A program made the position numbers and the translations under genes. A stretch of 64,000 bases of DNA. It comes from a virus. The DNA is taken from the UHGV virus genome UHGV-0165490; one strand, given 5' to 3'. Below the pieces are notes generated by a model. That model saw only the letters and a list, made by a program, of their open reading frames with translations, did not search any database and had not been told where the DNA came from. This document shows positions 59,177-64,000 of this stretch, in pieces (the stretch's first letter is position 1; each line of letters begins with the position of its first letter).

Positions 59177-59635
59177 TTAAAAATAATTTATCTTTTCCCC
59201 GTTCATATAGTCGTACACGTCCAGATGCACCCAGGTAACATTTTTCTCCAATCGGATCGGATAAGGTAATAAGTGTTCGTTGTCAGCTATCTTATTCCTG
59301 GCTTGCTCCGCGCTCATGCCCTTAGCATCAAAATCAATTCCAGCACCATTACAATGCGCAGAGAGATAAATTTTACCTGTAACTGTTCTGTCCCTGGGAA
59401 TCTGGCAAATATTACAACGCAGCCCTCGTTGAGAGAAAGAGCCGCCGGAGTCATAATTATTAACATAAATAGGAACTTTCAGTATATCCCGCCGGACAAT
59501 TAGGAGGGTATGTAATAGCTCCGTGTCTATAAATTGCCAGCTATTATCGCCAAATTTTTTGTGACAATGCGGGCAAACAAGCTCCCGCACGTCAAAGAAC
59601 TCTTTAAGTTCCTTTATTATTTCACTTCGATTCAT
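59177..59635 (-). CDS. Endolysin, peptidase M15A-like
   Basis: RGLRC...SAHCNGAGIDF...WVHLD zinc ligands. Confidence 0.85.
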   Translation of the reverse strand: MNRSEIIKELKEFFDVRELVCPHCHKKFGDNSWQFIDTELLHTLLIVRRDILKVPIYVNNYDSGGSFSQRGLRCNICQIPRDRTVTGKIYLSAHCNGAGIDFDAKGMSAEQARNKIADNEHLLPYPIRLEKNVTWVHLDVYDYMNGEKINYF

Positions 59636-59802
59636 TTCCTTTCATATATTTGATAAGTATAACCAACAAAACCAAAGATATGCATCGAATACGAAATTTC
59701 ATATCCTCGATTCCTGTCGATAAAGATAGGATAAAAGCATATAATTCCAAAATAAAAATAAAAGAGGCCCGAAGACCCCTCGTTGTTAAAATCTATTCCT
59801 GA

Positions 59803-59961
59803 TTACTTTTTAACCTTCTCACCTAAAGCCCACAATAGGATGATACACAAAAGAGGCGAGATAAAAAGACTCAGAAAAACCCAGCCAAACACATTTCTAT
59901 TTCTCTTGGACGCCATGATCCCCACCACGATAGTAAAAATGATCAAACATATAAACACCAT
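59803..59961 (-). CDS. 52-aa two-TM membrane protein (not in ORF track)
   Basis: MVFICLIIFTIVVGIMASKRNRNVFGWVFLSLFISPLLCIILLWALGEKVKK. Confidence 0.65.
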   Translation of the reverse strand: MVFICLIIFTIVVGIMASKRNRNVFGWVFLSLFISPLLCIILLWALGEKVKK

Positions 59962-59989
59962 ATTCCTAATTTTTAACTGTTGATTTTTC

Positions 59990-60499
59990 TTATTCCCTCA
60001 CAAATTCAATCCGACAATATAACGGTTCAGTATCAGCGAGCGGTGCTGCCTCCGGAAGAGTGTCATCATACAATTTGGTTGTTTTTATCACCAGTTTGTT
60101 TTCAGTTAATGATATAACCCTGAACGACATTCCCAACAAAATATTGTAATTCCCCGTGATCACACTCCCTTTAATTTTGTATGTCAAAGGTATCTCTTCA
60201 GAAACACAGAAATAAAGGCCTAAAAGAAGAGAACTCTTTGTTTTCGCGTTAAAAGAAAACACGGAATCCCTCATTAAAAGTTTAATGAAGTCTCCCTCTT
60301 CCAAGACAGAAAATTTATCCCCGTTTTTAGTCTCACCCACGGCTTTCACCGCTTTCCAATTTCCTTTCAAATTTTCTCTCGTGATGTCACAAGAGAAAGA
60401 ACGAGATTCAGACGTCAAATTACTGAGCACAAGTACACCACCCGCAGAAATTAACACCACCCAAATTAAAATAGGAAGTGTCCACCAAATATTTTTCAT
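59990..60499 (-). CDS. Membrane-anchored lipocalin-like protein
   Basis: N-terminal TM; LKGNWK...VISLTENKLVI. Confidence 0.55.
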   Translation of the reverse strand: MKNIWWTLPILIWVVLISAGGVLVLSNLTSESRSFSCDITRENLKGNWKAVKAVGETKNGDKFSVLEEGDFIKLLMRDSVFSFNAKTKSSLLLGLYFCVSEEIPLTYKIKGSVITGNYNILLGMSFRVISLTENKLVIKTTKLYDDTLPEAAPLADTEPLYCRIEFVRE

Positions 60500-60694
60500 A
60501 ATTCTAATTTATTAAATTCCCCGCGGCCCGGGATGTTTATAATAAAAGAAGCAGCCGCTTGTCTTCTTATATGATAATGTTTCTTGTCAAAACCTTTTAG
60601 TTTTTGTTTTATGGAGTTTTTAAAAGCAAATTTCGTTTTCGCTTATATCTTTCCTTCACTCTTATTTTTTCTCGCTCCATAACTCTTATTCACT

Positions 60695-61087
60695 TTATAA
60701 CACTTTTCCTTTCTCACGCGCTTCAATTTCATTTTTTATCGTGGCGAGAGCTAATTCAGCATCCTCCCTGTTTTTAAAATAAATCGCCCCGAACATTTTC
60801 AGCTTATTACATTTACAGATCACCAATTCAAACGCGGATAAATATGGGTACGGATAGGATACGGTAATGCAATACCCAACATGACCATCATCACTCATAC
60901 ACCAACCCTCATTAAGATAATGAGCAATTGTTGACAGTTTGGCATATATATGAAACAATGAGTATTCTACCTCGTCATTAACAATGTTCACATTTACTGA
61001 TCGCAGAGATGTATTACGTAATGCTTCATCGTACACGTCCCGCTTCATTTCATTTTCCATATGTTCACTGATTTGTTTTACATTCAT
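60695..61087 (-). CDS. Hypothetical protein
   Basis: IAHYLNEGW...IYFKNREDAE, a pattern common in Bacteroidota phages. Confidence 0.6.
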   Translation of the reverse strand: MNVKQISEHMENEMKRDVYDEALRNTSLRSVNVNIVNDEVEYSLFHIYAKLSTIAHYLNEGWCMSDDGHVGYCITVSYPYPYLSAFELVICKCNKLKMFGAIYFKNREDAELALATIKNEIEAREKGKVL

Positions 61088-61245
61088 TATATCTCATCCT
61101 TTGTTTAACATACCATTCAATGTCAATACTGTATACATGACAAATAACCATGATATTGCACAACAATATAAGGATTTTATCTTCGGTATCAACTTCTATT
61201 ATTATTTTAAATCGTTTTTCATGATTCAAATCGTTAAAGTTTTAA

Positions 61246-61431
61246 TTAATAATAAACGGCGTTTTTCAGCTTATTCAAGTATTCTTTGGCCTCCTCGATT
61301 GATTCAAAACTTATATAAAATCCAACTCTTTCCCAGAAGGGCCAGTACCAACGCCAAACTTTTATTTGATACATTTCTTTCACGTAATTACACGGTACTA
61401 TTTTATACTTCTTTGGTTTTATCATATTCAT
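61246..61431 (-). CDS. Hypothetical protein
   Basis: KYKIV...WYWPFW...FESIEEAKEYL. Confidence 0.55.
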   Translation of the reverse strand: MNMIKPKKYKIVPCNYVKEMYQIKVWRWYWPFWERVGFYISFESIEEAKEYLNKLKNAVYY

Positions 61432-61474
61432 ATCGTTTTCTGTTAGTGTTATTTATACTTAACGATTTTTCGTT

Positions 61475-61771
61475 TTACTCATATTTAATAAAATAATGAC
61501 ATACATACTTCCCACACATAAATTGGCACGTTGATAAATAAACGTATTTTGACAAATCATCAACTATTACCCGGCCAGTGGGTATCATCAAAATATCCAC
61601 CGTTGTAGTTTTGATTTCATCTATGTCCACTATCGCCCACAGGATAGCAGATTCATTTTGATTTTGAATACTTAAAATGGTACTGTTCAAAGGTAATTGA
61701 ACAGTTTGATGTACTTCATTAATTTTTAATAGGTGCTTGTAAATCGCTTTCATATCATTGGCTTTGAACAA
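61475..61771 (-). CDS. Conserved phage hypothetical protein
   Basis: IYKH...LP...ILSIQ...LWA.VD...TG...HYF pattern. Confidence 0.65.
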   Translation of the reverse strand: MFKANDMKAIYKHLLKINEVHQTVQLPLNSTILSIQNQNESAILWAIVDIDEIKTTTVDILMIPTGRVIVDDLSKYVYLSTCQFMCGKYVCHYFIKYE

Positions 61772-62277
61772 AATGGTTTTTTCATACAGCTATTAGAACC
61801 CATTGGACCAATTGGACAACGAGCACAATGAACCTGTGCTGATTCACCAGGTTTCGGCATCATACAGTGATAATCCGTTTCCTTCATAATAAATTCATTG
61901 GCCCTACCAATGGTGTTGAGCAAATTATTTTCAATATCACGATATTTTTCCAACTCTGAAACATCATCCGTTTCTCTCCGGGTAAGGAAATAATTCACCT
62001 GTGATCCATCACGTACCGCGCGAATACTTCCTATCATGTATGACGAGGATCTCTCCGTGAACCTCGAACGTATAACCCGGTTCCCACTGTACTCACAATA
62101 CAACGGACCAAACTCTTCATGGAGGGGATTCATCAATTCTATATATCCATGTTCATCCCGGGTTAGAATCTGCGAGATGAACTGCCCCACGTTGCACTCC
62201 TTGCTCGGAGTAACACTGAATATAATCCCACCCCTTTTGGATAAGGTACTTATTTGTTTAAAATTCAATGTAAACAT
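61750..62277 (-). CDS. Hypothetical two-domain protein with Cys-rich C-terminus
   Basis: C-terminal ~80 aa paralogous to 47058..47297. Confidence 0.65.
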   Translation of the reverse strand: MFTLNFKQISTLSKRGGIIFSVTPSKECNVGQFISQILTRDEHGYIELMNPLHEEFGPLYCEYSGNRVIRSRFTERSSSYMIGSIRAVRDGSQVNYFLTRRETDDVSELEKYRDIENNLLNTIGRANEFIMKETDYHCMMPKPGESAQVHCARCPIGPMGSNSCMKKPFCSKPMI

Positions 62278-62285
62278 AATCGTTA

Positions 62286-62537
62286 TTAATAATTTGCTTT
62301 TACTTGTCTGGTGTTTGCCACATAGGTCTTATTTACCCCCTTAATGTTGATTTCACCCAGATTTTCCCAGTCCCCATTCTCCCATGTTTTGGTGATGCAA
62401 GAGCATTTGTATTTATCGACGTTGGCTTTGATTAGAGCCTTTGCGGGTTTCAAAGAGTGGAATGTGAATGTATCGTTCCATTCCTCGCACTCTACATCGT
62501 ACTCCCATTTTTTTAAGTTCCCGGTTAAACCTGTCAC
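62286..62537 (-). CDS. Hypothetical protein
   Basis: ORF in early-type small-gene run. Confidence 0.5.
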   Translation of the reverse strand: MTGLTGNLKKWEYDVECEEWNDTFTFHSLKPAKALIKANVDKYKCSCITKTWENGDWENLGEINIKGVNKTYVANTRQVKANY

Positions 62538-62585
62538 CTATATACTTGTGGCAAACAGGCTCGCTAAAATAAACCGTGTAAGTTT

Positions 62586-62870
62586 TCATCTGATGGAATT
62601 ATTCAAATTATGTTTGATATACTCTTTATCTTCTTCCCAAAGCGGCAAACCCATTTCGATTGTCTGCAAAACTACTCCCCGCTCTCCGATAAGCTTCACC
62701 GCCATTTGTCGGAAATCACCATCATCGTATACCCTCGATTTACCTATAAGAATACTTGCCAATTCACCCCTGTCTATACTTCTTCCCTGGTTCACAACTC
62801 TTGCGGGCCCATCGCTTATAATTTTACCTACATATGCTTCTTTGTAATCCTTATCCGTTGTCAGTGTCAT
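62586..62870 (-). CDS. Hypothetical protein
   Basis: ATG supplied by repeat copy E. Confidence 0.6.
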   Translation of the reverse strand: MTLTTDKDYKEAYVGKIISDGPARVVNQGRSIDRGELASILIGKSRVYDDGDFRQMAVKLIGERGVVLQTIEMGLPLWEEDKEYIKHNLNNSIR

Positions 62871-62993
62871 AACTTCTTTGTTTTTAGTTAATTAATCTCG
62901 TTTGTTTCAATACCTAAAGATATAAAAAGTATACTTATCTGCCAAATTATTTCGGAGAATTTTTGATTAAAAAATCTGAAAATGTGATTTTCC
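62868..62993 (-). repeat. Promoter-leader cassette repeat, copy E (includes ATG)
   Basis: Near-identical to copies C and D. Confidence 0.92.
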
Positions 62994-63162
62994 GTGGAAC
63001 CACGAGGGAGTTCCACGATAACCCAGTGAGAACCCATGGGTCCATTAAAAACTAAAAATTTTTGTGTTTTTACCCCGCTAACTGGGCATTTATCAACAAG
63101 TTAGCCATGGACATGGTCCCTGTGGGACCCATCAAAAACACCCAAAAATCGAGAAGGGACCC

Positions 63163-64000
63163 TTAAAAAGGTAGGGTGTCCAGGTCATTTTTTATCTCGG
63201 ACCTCAGTTTGAACCCATAGAAATCCTCGACAAGGAGGGGGTGAGACCCACATATGCACCCATACAGTTCAGAAGAGCATGAATGGGTGCAAAGACCTAT
63301 TACCCTACTGTTTTCCAACTCTTTACCGTACTCCTCGACAAAATAAGTCTTCGATGGGACATGTAAATAATAGGTGAAAAGCTTTTTATCCCCCATACTA
63401 TGCAAATCGCATTTTTTGGAACCCATGGGTTCCACGTGGTCCAGCAAATTTCGTATGATTTCCATGTTATTTTCATTACCCATCTCGCAGACACCCAGGG
63501 GTACATCCGTTTTTGCTTTCCTCACCTGTGACACATACACGGTGTGTATCATGGGTGCATAATAATAGAAGGTCCCTCTTTCCGTCCTGGGTACATTATT
63601 TGTTTTAACCTGGTCCTCTTCATAAGATGTTTGTTCCTTGTAATCAGCGAGATAGTCAGCGATCGCGTTCCCTTCTAATAGTTCATCTTCGAGGTTATTT
63701 TGGTGACCCTTAACGTGGTGGAACCTCATTGTAACCTTGTTTAGTCTTGTCTTTTCACTGAGAACCCTTTCCCAGAGGTCTCTGTTTTTCACCATTCCCG
63801 CGGAACCCACCCATCCCCTTCGAACCCATCCCTGTAACCATTCACTCATGGCCTTTTGAACATACTGGGAGTCCAGGTAGTAATCCACCTCCGTGGGTTC
63901 ATTATCTAACGCGTTGAGAGACAATAGAAGTGCATGTATTTCTGCCCTGCCCGTGAGGGTGTTTTTCAGACCCTTTTTCAACATCTTTTCCCTTCCATCA
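63163..64000 (-). CDS. RNase HI with C-terminal extension (5' end outside window)
   Basis: RAEI, LDSQYV, VKNRDLW, HVKGH, GNAIADYLA; the frame is open to the window edge and the first catalytic Asp is not seen. Confidence 0.85.
   Translation of the reverse strand, partial: DGREKMLKKGLKNTLTGRAEIHALLLSLNALDNEPTEVDYYLDSQYVQKAMSEWLQGWVRRGWVGSAGMVKNRDLWERVLSEKTRLNKVTMRFHHVKGHQNNLEDELLEGNAIADYLADYKEQTSYEEDQVKTNNVPRTERGTFYYYAPMIHTVYVSQVRKAKTDVPLGVCEMGNENNMEIIRNLLDHVEPMGSKKCDLHSMGDKKLFTYYLHVPSKTYFVEEYGKELENSRVIGLCTHSCSSELYGCICGSHPLLVEDFYGFKLRSEIKNDLDTLPF

Noticed and set aside
1..62993. Repeats as a CRISPR array or IS ends
   Set aside because: Copies are dispersed kilobases apart, in the same orientation and promoter-like; no spacers, cas genes or transposase
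1..64000. Stop-codon reassignment as in some gut Bacteroidota phages
   Set aside because: Core genes are full length in code 11, and TAG, TGA and TAA all occur as sensible gene ends; only one isolated internal TAA was found

Overview
AT-rich, almost entirely minus-strand segment of a large contractile-tailed (myovirus) phage. Head and tail genes have a SPO1/Herelleviridae-like organisation. A Bacteroidota host is inferred from repeated TTTG-N20-TATCTTTA promoter motifs, which resemble the Bacteroidota -33/-7 consensus TTTG/TAnnTTTG, and from Bacteroides-type proteins. Contents from left to right: (1) a 7-deazaguanine DNA-modification cluster (queD, queE, folE, ParB-like, DpdA, dUTPase/dCTP deaminase, queC, a second divergent TGT-fold protein, a degenerate formyltransferase, a kinase) bracketed by direct repeats; (2) primase, helicase, large terminase, exonuclease and an HNH nuclease; (3) a complete baseplate/tail module with a 1807-aa LRR/LamG adhesin and a repeat-built fibre; (4) neck, major capsid protein, scaffold and prohead protease; (5) probable protease-processed head-cargo proteins (PBECR-like RNase, Nudix/ferritin-like polyprotein); (6) a ~400-nt intergenic region with many perfect stems, a candidate large structured ncRNA; (7) small accessory genes driven by near-identical promoter-leader cassettes; (8) an intein-containing MuF-like protein, spanin-like pair, portal, M15 endolysin and a 5'-truncated RNase H. 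All family calls come from motif recognition by eye, not from database searches.
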